64,000 nucleotides of DNA from Eledone cirrhosa (taxonomy: Eukaryota). The first letter of the stretch is position 1. Each line of letters begins with the position of its first letter. The stretch is taken from contig OZ024743.1 of NCBI GenBank assembly GCA_964016885.1, positions 376,340,001 to 376,404,000 on the forward strand, written 5' to 3'. The position numbers and the translations under genes are program-made. The notes beneath the pieces were generated by a model. The model saw nothing but the letters and a program-made list of their open reading frames with translations, had not been told where the DNA came from and made no database searches. This document shows positions 26,601 to 41,600 of the stretch, in pieces.

Positions 26601-29600
26601 AAACTACAGACATAGTGTATCTAGAAACTACAGTGTATCTAGAAACTACAAACATAGTCTATCTAGAAACTACAGACAGTGTATCTAGAAACTACAGACA
26701 CAGTGTATCTAGAAACTACAGACAGTGTATCTAGAAACTACAGACATAGTGTATCTAGAAACTACAGACACAGTGTATCTAGAAATTACAGACATAGTGT
26801 ATCTAGATACTACAGACAATGTGTATCTAGAAACTACAAACATAGTCTATCTAGAAACTACAGACAGTGTATCTAGAAACTACAGACACAGTGTATCTAG
26901 AAACTACAGACAGTGTATCTAGAAACTACAGACATAGTGTATCTAGAAACTACAGACACAGTGTATCTAGAAACTACAGACAGTGTATCTAGAAACTACA
27001 GACAGGGTGTATCTAGAAACTACAGACAGTGTATCTAGAAACTACAGACATAGTGTATCTAGAAACTACACACATACTGTATCTAGAAACTACAGACAGT
27101 GTATCTAGAAAATACAGACAATGTGTATCTAGAAACTACAGGCATAGTGTATCTAGAAACTACAGACATAGTGTATCTAGAAACTACAGACATAGTGTAT
27201 CTAGAAACTACAGACAGTGTATCTAGAAACTACAGGCATATTGTATCTAGAAACTACAGACATAGTGTATCTAGAAACTACAGATATAGTGTATCTAGAA
27301 ACTACAGAGAGTGTATCTAGAAACTACAGACAAAGTGTATCTAGAAACTACAGACACAGTGTATCTAGAAACTACAAACATAGTCTATCTAGAAACTACA
27401 GACAGTGTATCTAGAAACTACAGACACAGTGTATCTAGAAACTACAGACAGTGTATCTAGAAACTACAGACATAGTGTATATAGAAACTACAGACGCAGT
27501 GTATCTAGAAACTACAGACAGTGTATCTAGAAACTACACACATAGTGTATCTAGAAACTACAGACAGTGTATCTAGAAAATACAGACAATGTGTATCTAG
27601 AAACTACAGGCATAGTGTATCTAGAAACTACAGACATAGTGTATCTAGAAACTACAGACATAGTGTATCTAGAAACTACAGGCAGTGTATCTAGAAACTA
27701 CAGGCATAGTGTATCTAGAAACTACAGACATAGTGTATCTAGAAACTACAGATATAGTGTATCTAGAAACTACAGACATTGTATCTAGAAACTACAGACA
27801 AAGTGTATCTAGAAACTACAGACATAGTGTATCTAGAAACTACAGACAGTGTATCTAGAAACTACAGACATAGTGTATCTAGAAACTACACACATAGTGT
27901 ATCTAGAAACTACAGACAGTGTATCTAGAAACTACAGACATAGTGTATCTAGAAACTACAGACATAGTGTATCTAGAAACTACAGACAGTGTATCTAGAA
28001 ACTACAGACATAGTGTATCTAGAAACTAGACACATAGTGTATCTAGAAACTACAGACAGTGTATCTAGAAAATACAGACAATGTGTATCTAGAAACTACA
28101 GGCATAGTGTATCTAGAAACTACAGGCATAGTGTATCTGGAAACTACAGACAGTGTATCTAGAAACTACAGACAGTGTATCTAGAAACTACAGACATAGT
28201 GTGTCTAGAAACTACAGACAGTGTATCAAGAAACTACAGACAGTGTATCTAGAAACTACAGACATAGTGTATCTAGGAACTACAGACAATGTGTATCTAG
28301 AAACTACAGACATTGTGTATCTAGAAACTACAGACAATGTGTATCTAGAAACTACAGACATTGTGTATCTAGAAACTACAGACATAGTGTATCTAGAAAC
28401 TACAGACAATGTGTATCTAGAAACTACAGACATTGTGTATCTAGAAACTACAGACATTGTGTATCTAGAAACTACAGGCATAGTGTATCTAGAAACTACA
28501 GACATAGTGTATCTAGAAACTACAGACAGTGTATCTAGAAACTACAGACATAGTGTATCTAGGAACTACACACATAGTGTATCTAGAAACTACAGACAGT
28601 GTATTTAGAAATTACAGACATAGTGTATTTAGAAATTACAGGCATAGTGTATCTAGAAACTACAGACATAGTGTATCTAGAAACTACAGACAGTGTATCT
28701 AGAAACTACAGGCATAGTTTATCTAGAAACTACAGACATAGTGTATCTAGAAACTACAGACAGTGTATCTAGAAACTACAGACATAGTGTATCTAGAAAC
28801 TACAGACATAGTGTATCTAGAAACTACAGACATTGTGTATCTAGAAACTACAGACACAGTGTATCTAGAAACTACAGACATTGTGTATCTAGAAACTACA
28901 GACATAGTGTATCTAGAAACTAAACATAGTGTATCTAGAAATTACAGATATTGTGTATCTAGAAACTGCAGACACAGTGTATCTAGAAACTAGACATAGT
29001 GTATCTAGAAACTACAGACACAGTGTATCTAGAAACAGCAGACACAGTGTATCTAGAAACTACAGACATTGTGTATCTATAAACTACAGACACAGTGTAT
29101 CTAGAAACTACAGAGATTGTGTATCTAGAAACTACAGATATAGTGTATCTAGAAACTACAGACATAGTGTATCTAGAAACTACAGACATAGTGTATCTAG
29201 AAACTACAGACAGTGTATCTAGAAACTACAGTCATAGTGTATCTAGAAACTACAGACATAGTGTATCTAGAAACTACAGACAGTGTATCTAGAAACTACA
29301 GACATAGTGTATCTAGAAACTACACACATAGTGTATCTAGAAACTACAGACAGTGTATCTAGAAACTACAGACATAGTGTATCTAGAAACTACAGACATA
29401 GTGTATCTAGAAACTACAGACAGTGTATCTAGAAACTACAGACATAGTGTATCTAGAAACTAGACACATAGTGTATCTAGAAACTACAGACAGTGTATCT
29501 AGAAAATACAGACAATGTGTATCTAGAAACTACAGGCATAGTGTATCTAGAAACTACAGGCATAGTGTATCTAGAAACTACAGACAGTGTATCTAGAAAC

Positions 29601-32600
29601 TACAGACAGTGTATCTAGAAACTACAGACATAGTGTGTCTAGAAACTACAGACAGTGTATCAAGAAACTACAGACAGTGTATCTAGAAACTACAGACATA
29701 GTGTATCTAGGAACTACAGACAATGTGTATCTAGAAACTACAGACATTGTGTATCTAGAAACTACAGACAATGTGTATCTAGAAACTACAGACATTGTGT
29801 ATCTAGAAACTACAGACATAGTGTATCTAGAAACTACAGACAATGTGTATCTAGAAACTACAGACATAGTGTATCTAGAAACTACAGACAGTGTATCTAG
29901 AAACTACAGGCATAGTGTATCTAGAAACTACAGACATAGTGTATCTAGAAACTACAGACAGTGTATCTAGAAACTACAGACATAGTGTATCTAGAAACTA
30001 CAGACATAGTGTATCTAGAAACTACAGACATTGTGTATCTAGAAACTACAGACACAGTGTATCTAGAAACTACAGACATTGTGTATCTAGAAACTACAGA
30101 CATAGTGTATCTAGAAACTAAACATAGTGTATCTAGAAATTACAGATATTGTGTATCTAGAAACTGCAGACACAGTGTATCTAGAAACTAGACATAGTGT
30201 ATCTAGAAACTACAGACACAGTGTATCTAGAAACAGCAGACAGAGTGTATCTAGAAACTACAGACATTGTGTATCTAGAAACTACAGACACAGTGTATCT
30301 AGAAACTACAGACATTGTGTATCTAGAAACTACAGATATAGTGTATCTAGAAACTACAGACATAGTGTATCTAGAAACTACAGACATTGTGTATCTAGAA
30401 ACTACAAACATAGTGTATCTAGAAACTACAGACAGTGTATCTAGAAACTACAGACATAGTGTATCTAGGAACTACAGACAATGTGTATCTAGAAACTACA
30501 GACATTGTGTATCTAGAAACTACAGACAGTGTATCTAGAAACTACAGACACAGTGTAGCTAGAAATTACAGACATAGTGTATCTAGAAACTACAGACAGT
30601 GTATCTAGAAACTACAGACATAGTGTATCTAGAAACTACAGACATAGTGTATCTAGAAACTACAGACAGTGTATCTAGAAACTACAGACAGTGTATCTAG
30701 AAACTACAGACAATGTGTATCTAGAAACTACAGGCATAGTGTATCTAGAAACTACAGACGGTGTATCTAGAAACTACAGACATAGTGTATCTAGAAACTA
30801 CAGGCATAGTGTATCTAGAAACTACAGACAATGTTTATCTAGAAACTACAGTCATAGTGTATCTAGAAACTACAGACATAGTGTATCCATAAACTACAGA
30901 CATAGTGTATCTAGAAACTACAGACAGTGTATCTAGAAACTACAGACATAGTGTATCTAGAAACTACAGACATAGTGTGTCTAGAAACTACAGACAGTGT
31001 ATCTAGAATCTACAGACATAGTGTATCTAGAAACTACAGACAATGCGTATCTAGAAACTACAGACATAGTGTATCTAGAAATTACAGACATAGTGTATCT
31101 AGAAATTACAGACATAGTGTATCTAGAAACTACAGACAGTGTATCTAGAAACTACAGACATAGTGTATCTAGAAACTACACACATAGTGTATCTAAAAAC
31201 TACAGACAGTGTATCTAGAAACTAGAGGCAATGTGTATCTAGAAACTACAGGCATAGTGTATCTAGAAACTACAGACAGTGTATCTAGAAACTACAGACA
31301 GTGTATCTAGACACTACAGACATAGTGTATCTAGAAACTACACACATAGTGTATCTAGAAACTACAGACAGTGTATCTAGAAACTAGAGGCAATGTGTAT
31401 CTAGAAACTACAGGCATAGTGTACCTAGAAACTACAGACAGTGTATCTAGAAACTACAGACAGTGTATCTAGAAACTACAGACATAGCGTATCTAGAAAC
31501 TACACACATAGTGTATCTAGAAACTACAAACATAGTCTATCTAGAAACTACAGACAGTGTATCTAGAAACTAGAGGCATAGTGTATCTAGAAACTACACA
31601 CATAGTGTATCTAGAAACTACAGACAGTGTATCTAGAAACTAGAGGCAATGTGTATCTAGAAACTACAGGCATAGTGTATCTAGAAACTACAGACAGTGT
31701 ATCTAGAAACTAGAGACAGTGTATCTAGAAACTACAGACATAGTGTATCTAGAAACTACACACATAGTGTATCTAGAAACTACAGACAGTGTAGCTAGAA
31801 ACTAGAGGCATAGTGTATCTAGAAACTACAGACATAGTGTATCTAGAAACTACAGACAGTGTATCTAGAAACTACCGACAGTGTATCTAGAAACTACAGA
31901 CATAGTGTGTCTAGAAACTACAGACAGTGTATCTAGAAACTACAGACACAGTGTATCTAGAAACAACAGACAATGTGTATCTAGAAACTACAGACATTGT
32001 GTATCTAGAAACTACAGACAGTGTATCTAGAAACTACAGACATTGTGTATCTAGAAATTACAGACATAGTGTATCTAGAAACTACAGACACAGTGTATCT
32101 AGAAACTACAAACATAGTCTATCTAGAAACTACAGACAGTGTATCTAGAAACTACAGACACAGTGTATCTAGAAACAACAGACAATGTGTATCTAGAAAC
32201 TACAGACATTGTGTATCTAGAAACTACAGACAGTGTATCTAGAAACTACAGACATAGTGTATCTAGAAATTACAGACATAGTGCATCTAGAAACTACAGA
32301 CAGTGTATCTAGAAACTACAGACATAGTGTATCTAGAAACTACACACATAGTGTATCTAGAAACTACAGAGAGTGTATCTAGAAAATACAGACAATGTGT
32401 ATCTAGAAACTACAGGCATAGTGTATCTAGAAACTACAGACATAGTGTATCTAGAAACTACAGACATAGTGTATCTAGAAACTACAGACAGTGTATCTAG
32501 AAACTACAGACAAAGTGTATCTAGGAACTACAGGCATAGTGTATCTAGAAACTACAGACATATTGTATCTAGAAACTACAGACAGTGTATCTAGAAACTA

Positions 32601-35600
32601 CAGACATTGTGTATCTAGAAACTACAGACATAGTGTGTCTAGAAACTACAGACGGTGTATCTAGAAACTACAGACACAGTGTATCTAGAAACTACAGACA
32701 ATGTGTATCTAGAAACTACAGACATTGTGTATCTAGAAACTACAGACAGTGTATCTAGAAACTACAGACACAGTGTATCTAGAAACTACAAACATAGTGT
32801 ATCTAGAAACTACAGACAGTGTATCTAGAAACTACAGACATAGTGTATCTAGAAATTACAGACATAGTGTATCTAGAAACTACAGACACAGTGTATCTAG
32901 AAATTACAAACATAGTCTATCTAGAAACTACAGACAGTGTATCTAGAAACTACAGACACAGTGTATCTAGAAACTACAGACAATGTGTATCTAGAAACTA
33001 CAGACATTGTGTATCTAGAAACTACAGACAGTGTATGTAGAAACTACAGACATAGTGTATCTAGAAACTACAGACATAGTGCATCTAGAAACTACAGACA
33101 GTGTATCTAGAAACTACAGACATAGTGTATCTAGAAACTACACACATAGTGTATCTAGAAACTACAGACAGTGTATCTAGAAAATACAGACAATGTTATC
33201 TAGAAACTACAGGCATAGTGTATCTAGAAACTACAGACATAGTGTATCTAGAAACTACAGACAGTGTATCTAGAAACTACAGACATAGTGTATCTAGAAA
33301 CTACAGACAGTGTATCTAGAAACTACAGACAAAGTGTATCTAGAAACTACAGGCATAGTGTATCTAGAAACTACAGACATAGTGTATCTAGAAACTACAG
33401 ACAGTGTATCTAGAAACTACAGACAAAGTGTATCTAGAAACTACAGGCATAGTGTATCTAGAAACTACAGACATAGTGTATCTAGAAACTACAGACATTG
33501 TGTATCTAGAAACTACAGATATAGTGTATCTAGAAACTACAGACACAGTGTATCTAGAAACAGCAGACACAGTGTATCTAGAAACTACAGACATTGTGTA
33601 TCTAGAAACTACAGACACAGTGTATCTAGAAACTACAGACATTGTGTATCTAGAAACTACAGATATAGTGTATCTAGAAACTAAACATAGTGTATCTAGA
33701 AATTACAGATATTGTGTATCTAGAAACTGCAGACACAGTGTATCTAGAAACTAGACATAGTGTATCTAGAAACTACAGACACAGTGTATCTAGAAACAGC
33801 AGACACAGTGTATCTAGAAACTACAGACATTGTGTATCTATAAACTACAGACACAGTGTATCTAGAAACTACAGAGATTGTGTATCTAGAAACTACAGAT
33901 ATAGTGTATCTAGAAACTACAGACATAGTGTATCTAGAAACTACAGACATAGTGTATCTAGAAACTACAAACATAGTGTATCTAGAAACTACAGACAGTG
34001 TATCTAGAAACTACAGACAATGTGTATCTAGAAACTACAGGCATAGTGTATCTAGAAACTACAGACGGTGTATCTAGAAACTACAGACATAGTGTATCTA
34101 GAAACTACAGGCATAGTGTATCTAGAAACTACAGACAATGTTTATCTAGAAACTACAGTCATAGTGTATCTAGAAACTACAGACATAGTGTATCCATAAA
34201 CTACAGACATAGTGTATCTAGAAACTACAGACAGTGTATCTAGAAACTACAGACATAGTGTATCTAGAAACTACAGACATAGTGTGTCTAGAAACTACAG
34301 ACAGTGTATCTAGAATCTACAGACATAGTGTATCTAGAAACTACAGACAATGCGTATCTAGAAACTACAGACATAGTGTATCTAGAAATTACAGACATAG
34401 TGTATCTAGAAATTACAGACATAGTGTATCTAGAAACTACAGACAGTGTATCTAGAAACTACAGACATAGTGTATCTAGAAACTACACACATAGTGTATC
34501 TAAAAACTACAGACAGTGTATCTAGAAACTAGAGGCAATGTGTATCTAGAAACTACAGGCATAGTGTATCTAGAAACTACAGACAGTGTATCTAGAAACT
34601 ACAGACAGTGTATCTAGACACTACAGACATAGTGTATCTAGAAACTACACACATAGTGTATCTAGAAACTACAGACAGTGTATCTAGAAACTAGAGGCAA
34701 TGTGTATCTAGAAACTACAGGCATAGTGTACCTAGAAACTACAGACAGTGTATCTAGAAACTACAGACAGTGTATCTAGAAACTACAGACATAGCGTATC
34801 TAGAAACTACACACATAGTGTATCTAGAAACTACAAACATAGTCTATCTAGAAACTACAGACAGTGTATCTAGAAACTAGAGGCATAGTGTATCTAGAAA
34901 CTACACACATAGTGTATCTAGAAACTACAGACAGTGTATCTAGAAACTAGAGGCAATGTGTATCTAGAAACTACAGGCATAGTGTATCTAGAAACTACAG
35001 ACATAGTGTATCTAGAAACTACAGACAGTGTATCTAGAAACTACCGACAGTGTATCTAGAAACTACAGACATAGTGTGTCTAGAAACTACAGACAGTGTA
35101 TCTAGAAACTACAGACACAGTGTATCTAGAAACAACAGACAATGTGTATCTAGAAACTACAGACATTGTGTATCTAGAAACTACAGACAGTGTATCTAGA
35201 AACTACAGACATTGTGTATCTAGAAATTACAGACATAGTGTATCTAGAAACTACAGACACAGTGTATCTAGAAACTACAAACATAGTCTATCTAGAAACT
35301 ACAGACAGTGTATCTAGAAACTACAGACACAGTGTATCTAGAAACAACAGACAATGTGTATCTAGAAACTACAGACATTGTGTATCTAGAAACTACAGAC
35401 AGTGTATCTAGAAACTACAGACATAGTGTATCTAGAAATTACAGACATAGTGCATCTAGAAACTACAGACAGTGTATCTAGAAACTACAGACATAGTGTA
35501 TCTAGAAACTACACACATAGTGTATCTAGAAACTACAGAGAGTGTATCTAGAAAATACAGACAATGTGTATCTAGAAACTACAGGCATAGTGTATCTAGA

Positions 35601-38600
35601 AACTACAGACATAGTGTATCTAGAAACTACAGACATAGTGTATCTAGAAACTACAGACAGTGTATCTAGAAACTACAGACATAGTGTATCTAGAAACTAC
35701 ACACATAGTGTATCTAGAAACTACAGACAGTGTATCTAGAAACTACAGACAAAGTGTATCTAGGAACTACAGGCATAGTGTATCTAGAAACTACAGACAT
35801 ATTGTATCTAGAAACTACAGACAGTGTATCTAGAAACTACAGACATTGTGTATCTAGAAACTACAGACATAGTGTGTCTAGAAACTACAGACGGTGTATC
35901 TAGAAACTACAGACACAGTGTATCTAGAAACTACAGACAATGTGTATCTAGAAACTACAGACATTGTGTATCTAGAAACTACAGACAGTGTATCTAGAAA
36001 CTACAGACACAGTGTATCTAGAAACTACAAACATAGTGTATCTAGAAACTACAGACAGTGTATCTAGAAACTACAGACATAGTGTATCTAGAAATTACAG
36101 ACATAGTGTATCTAGAAACTACAGACACAGTGTATCTAGAAATTACAAACATAGTCTATCTAGAAACTACAGACAGTGTATCTAGAAACTACAGACACAG
36201 TGTATCTAGAAACTACAGACAATGTGTATCTAGAAACTACAGACATTGTGTATCTAGAAACTACAGACAGTGTATGTAGAAACTACAGACATAGTGTATC
36301 TAGAAACTACAGACATAGTGCATCTAGAAACTACAGACAGTGTATCTAGAAACTACAGACATAGTGTATCTAGAAACTACACACATAGTGTATCTAGAAA
36401 CTACAGACAGTGTATCTAGAAAATACAGACAATGTTATCTAGAAACTACAGGCATAGTGTATCTAGAAACTACAGACATAGTGTATCTAGAAACTACAGA
36501 CAGTGTATCTAGAAACTACAGACATAGTGTATCTAGAAACTACAGACAGTGTATCTAGAAACTACAGACATAGTGTATCTAGAAACTACACACATAGTGT
36601 ATCTAGAAACTACAGACAGTGTATCTAGAAAATACAGACAATGTTATCTAGAAACTACAGGCATAGTGTATCTAGAAACTACAGACATAGTGTATCTAGA
36701 AACTACAGACAGTGTATCTAGAAACTACAGACATAGTGTATCTAGAAACTACAGACAGTGTATCTAGAAACTACAGACAAAGTGTATCTAGAAACTACAG
36801 GCATAGTGTATCTAGAAACTACAGACATAGTGTATCTAGAAACTACAGACAGTGTATCTAGAAACTACAGACAAAGTGTATCTAGAAACTACAGGCATAG
36901 TGTATCTAGAAACTACAGACATAGTGTATCTAGAAACTACAGACATTGTGTATCTAGAAACTACAGATATAGTGTATCTAGAAACTACAGACACAGTGTA
37001 TCTAGAAACAGCAGACACAGTGTATCTAGAAACTACAGACATTGTGTATCTAGAAACTACAGACACAGTGTATCTAGAAACTACAGACATTGTGTATCTA
37101 GAAACTACAGATATAGTGTATCTAGAAACTAAACATAGTGTATCTAGAAATTACAGATATTGTGTATCTAGAAACTGCAGACACAGTGTATCTAGAAACT
37201 AGACATAGTGTATCTAGAAACTACAGACACAGTGTATCTAGAAACAGCAGACACAGTGTATCTAGAAACTACAGACATTGTGTATCTATAAACTACAGAC
37301 ACAGTGTATCTAGAAACTACAGAGATTGTGTATCTAGAAACTACAGATATAGTGTATCTAGAAACTACAGACATAGTGTATCTAGAAACTACAGACATAG
37401 TGTATCTAGAAACTACAAACATAGTGTATCTAGAAACTACAGACAGTGTATCTAGAAACTACAGACAATGTGTATCTAGAAACTACAGGCATAGTGTATC
37501 TAGAAACTACAGACGGTGTATCTAGAAACTACAGACATAGTGTATCTAGAAACTACAGGCATAGTGTATCTAGAAACTACAGACAATGTTTATCTAGAAA
37601 CTACAGTCATAGTGTATCTAGAAACTACAGACATAGTGTATCCATAAACTACAGACATAGTGTATCTAGAAACTACAGACAGTGTATCTAGAAACTACAG
37701 ACATAGTGTATCTAGAAACTACAGACATAGTGTGTCTAGAAACTACAGACAGTGTATCTAGAATCTACAGACATAGTGTATCTAGAAACTACAGACAATG
37801 CGTATCTAGAAACTACAGACATAGTGTATCTAGAAATTACAGACATAGTGTATCTAGAAATTACAGACATAGTGTATCTAGAAACTACAGACAGTGTATC
37901 TAGAAACTACAGACATAGTGTATCTAGAAACTACACACATAGTGTATCTAAAAACTACAGACAGTGTATCTAGAAACTAGAGGCAATGTGTATCTAGAAA
38001 CTACAGGCATAGTGTATCTAGAAACTACAGACAGTGTATCTAGAAACTACAGACAGTGTATCTAGACACTACAGACATAGTGTATCTAGAAACTACACAC
38101 ATAGTGTATCTAGAAACTACAGACAGTGTATCTAGAAACTAGAGGCAATGTGTATCTAGAAACTACAGGCATAGTGTACCTAGAAACTACAGACAGTGTA
38201 TCTAGAAACTACAGACAGTGTATCTAGAAACTACAGACATAGCGTATCTAGAAACTACACACATAGTGTATCTAGAAACTACAAACATAGTCTATCTAGA
38301 AACTACAGACAGTGTATCTAGAAACTAGAGGCATAGTGTATCTAGAAACTACACACATAGTGTATCTAGAAACTACAGACAGTGTATCTAGAAACTAGAG
38401 GCAATGTGTATCTAGAAACTACAGGCATAGTGTATCTAGAAACTACAGACATAGTGTATCTAGAAACTACAGACAGTGTATCTAGAAACTACCGACAGTG
38501 TATCTAGAAACTACAGACATAGTGTGTCTAGAAACTACAGACAGTGTATCTAGAAACTACAGACACAGTGTATCTAGAAACAACAGACAATGTGTATCTA

Positions 38601-41600
38601 GAAACTACAGACATTGTGTATCTAGAAACTACAGACAGTGTATCTAGAAACTACAGACATTGTGTATCTAGAAATTACAGACATAGTGTATCTAGAAACT
38701 ACAGACACAGTGTATCTAGAAACTACAAACATAGTCTATCTAGAAACTACAGACAGTGTATCTAGAAACTACAGACACAGTGTATCTAGAAACAACAGAC
38801 AATGTGTATCTAGAAACTACAGACATTGTGTATCTAGAAACTACAGACAGTGTATCTAGAAACTACAGACATAGTGTATCTAGAAATTACAGACATAGTG
38901 CATCTAGAAACTACAGACAGTGTATCTAGAAACTACAGACATAGTGTATCTAGAAACTACACACATAGTGTATCTAGAAACTACAGAGAGTGTATCTAGA
39001 AAATACAGACAATGTGTATCTAGAAACTACAGGCATAGTGTATCTAGAAACTACAGACATAGTGTATCTAGAAACTACAGACATAGTGTATCTAGAAACT
39101 ACAGACAGTGTATCTAGAAACTACAGACATAGTGTATCTAGAAACTACACACATAGTGTATCTAGAAACTACAGACAGTGTATCTAGAAACTACAGACAA
39201 AGTGTATCTAGGAACTACAGGCATAGTGTATCTAGAAACTACAGACATATTGTATCTAGAAACTACAGACAGTGTATCTAGAAACTACAGACATTGTGTA
39301 TCTAGAAACTACAGACATAGTGTGTCTAGAAACTACAGACGGTGTATCTAGAAACTACAGACACAGTGTATCTAGAAACTACAGACAATGTGTATCTAGA
39401 AACTACAGACATTGTGTATCTAGAAACTACAGACAGTGTATCTAGAAACTACAGACACAGTGTATCTAGAAACTACAAACATAGTGTATCTAGAAACTAC
39501 AGACAGTGTATCTAGAAACTACAGACATAGTGTATCTAGAAATTACAGACATAGTGTATCTAGAAACTACAGACACAGTGTATCTAGAAATTACAAACAT
39601 AGTCTATCTAGAAACTACAGACAGTGTATCTAGAAACTACAGACACAGTGTATCTAGAAACTACAGACAATGTGTATCTAGAAACTACAGACATTGTGTA
39701 TCTAGAAACTACAGACAGTGTATGTAGAAACTACAGACATAGTGTATCTAGAAACTACAGACATAGTGCATCTAGAAACTACAGACAGTGTATCTAGAAA
39801 CTACAGACATAGTGTATCTAGAAACTACACACATAGTGTATCTAGAAACTACAGACAGTGTATCTAGAAAATACAGACAATGTTATCTAGAAACTACAGG
39901 CATAGTGTATCTAGAAACTACAGACATAGTGTATCTAGAAACTACAGACAGTGTATCTAGAAACTACAGACATAGTGTATCTAGAAACTACAGACAGTGT
40001 ATCTAGAAACTACAGACAAAGTGTATCTAGAAACTACAGGCATAGTGTATCTAGAAACTACAGACATAGTGTATCTAGAAACTACAGACAGTGTATCTAG
40101 AAACTACAGACAAAGTGTATCTAGAAACTACAGGCATAGTGTATCTAGAAACTACAGACATAGTGTATCTAGAAACTACAGACATTGTGTATCTAGAAAC
40201 TACAGATATAGTGTATCTAGAAACTACAGACACAGTGTATCTAGAAACAGCAGACACAGTGTATCTAGAAACTACAGACATTGTGTATCTAGAAACTACA
40301 GACACAGTGTATCTAGAAACTACAGACATTGTGTATCTAGAAACTACAGATATAGTGTATCTAGAAACTAAACATAGTGTATCTAGAAATTACAGATATT
40401 GTGTATCTAGAAACTGCAGACACAGTGTATCTAGAAACTAGACATAGTGTATCTAGAAACTACAGACACAGTGTATCTAGAAACAGCAGACACAGTGTAT
40501 CTAGAAACTACAGACATTGTGTATCTATAAACTACAGACACAGTGTATCTAGAAACTACAGAGATTGTGTATCTAGAAACTACAGATATAGTGTATCTAG
40601 AAACTACAGACATAGTGTATCTAGAAACTACAGACATAGTGTATCTAGAAACTACAAACATAGTGTATCTAGAAACTACAGACAGTGTATCTAGAAACTA
40701 CAGACATAGTGTATCTAGAAACTACAGACATAGTGTGTCTAGAAACTACAGACAGTGTATCAAGAAACTACAGACAGTGTATCTAGAAACTACAGACATA
40801 GTGTATCTAGGAACTACAGACAATGTGTATCTAGAAATTACAGACATTGTGTATCTAGAAACTACAGACAGTGTATCTAGAAACTACAGACATAGTGTAT
40901 CTAGAAACTACAGATATAGTGTATCTAGAAACTACAGACATTGTATCTAGAAACTACAGACAAAGTGTATCTAGAAACTACAGACATAGTGTATCTAGAA
41001 ACTACAGACAGTGTATCTAGAAACTACAGTCATAGTGTATCTAGAAACTACAGACATAGTGTATCTAGAAACTACAGACAGTGTATCTAGAAACTACAGA
41101 CATAGTGTATCTAGAAACTACACACATAGTGTATCTAGAAACTACAGACAGTGTATCTAGAAACTACAGACATAGTGTATCTAGAAACTACAGACATAGT
41201 GTATCTAGAAACTACAGACAGTGTATCTAGAAACTACAGACATAGTGTATCTAGAAACTAGACACATAGTGTATCTAGAAACTACAGACAGTGTATCTAG
41301 AAAATACAGACAATGTGTATCTAGAAACTACAGGCATAGTGTATCTAGAAACTACAGGCATAGTGTATCTAGAAACTACAGACAGTGTATCTAGAAACTA
41401 CAGACAGTGTATCTAGAAACTACAGACATAGTGTGTCTAGAAACTACAGACAGTGTATCAAGAAACTACAGACAGTGTATCTAGAAACTACAGACATAGT
41501 GTATCTAGGAACTACAGACAATGTGTATCTAGAAACTACAGACATTGTGTATCTAGAAACTACAGACAATGTGTATCTAGAAACTACAGACATTGTGTAT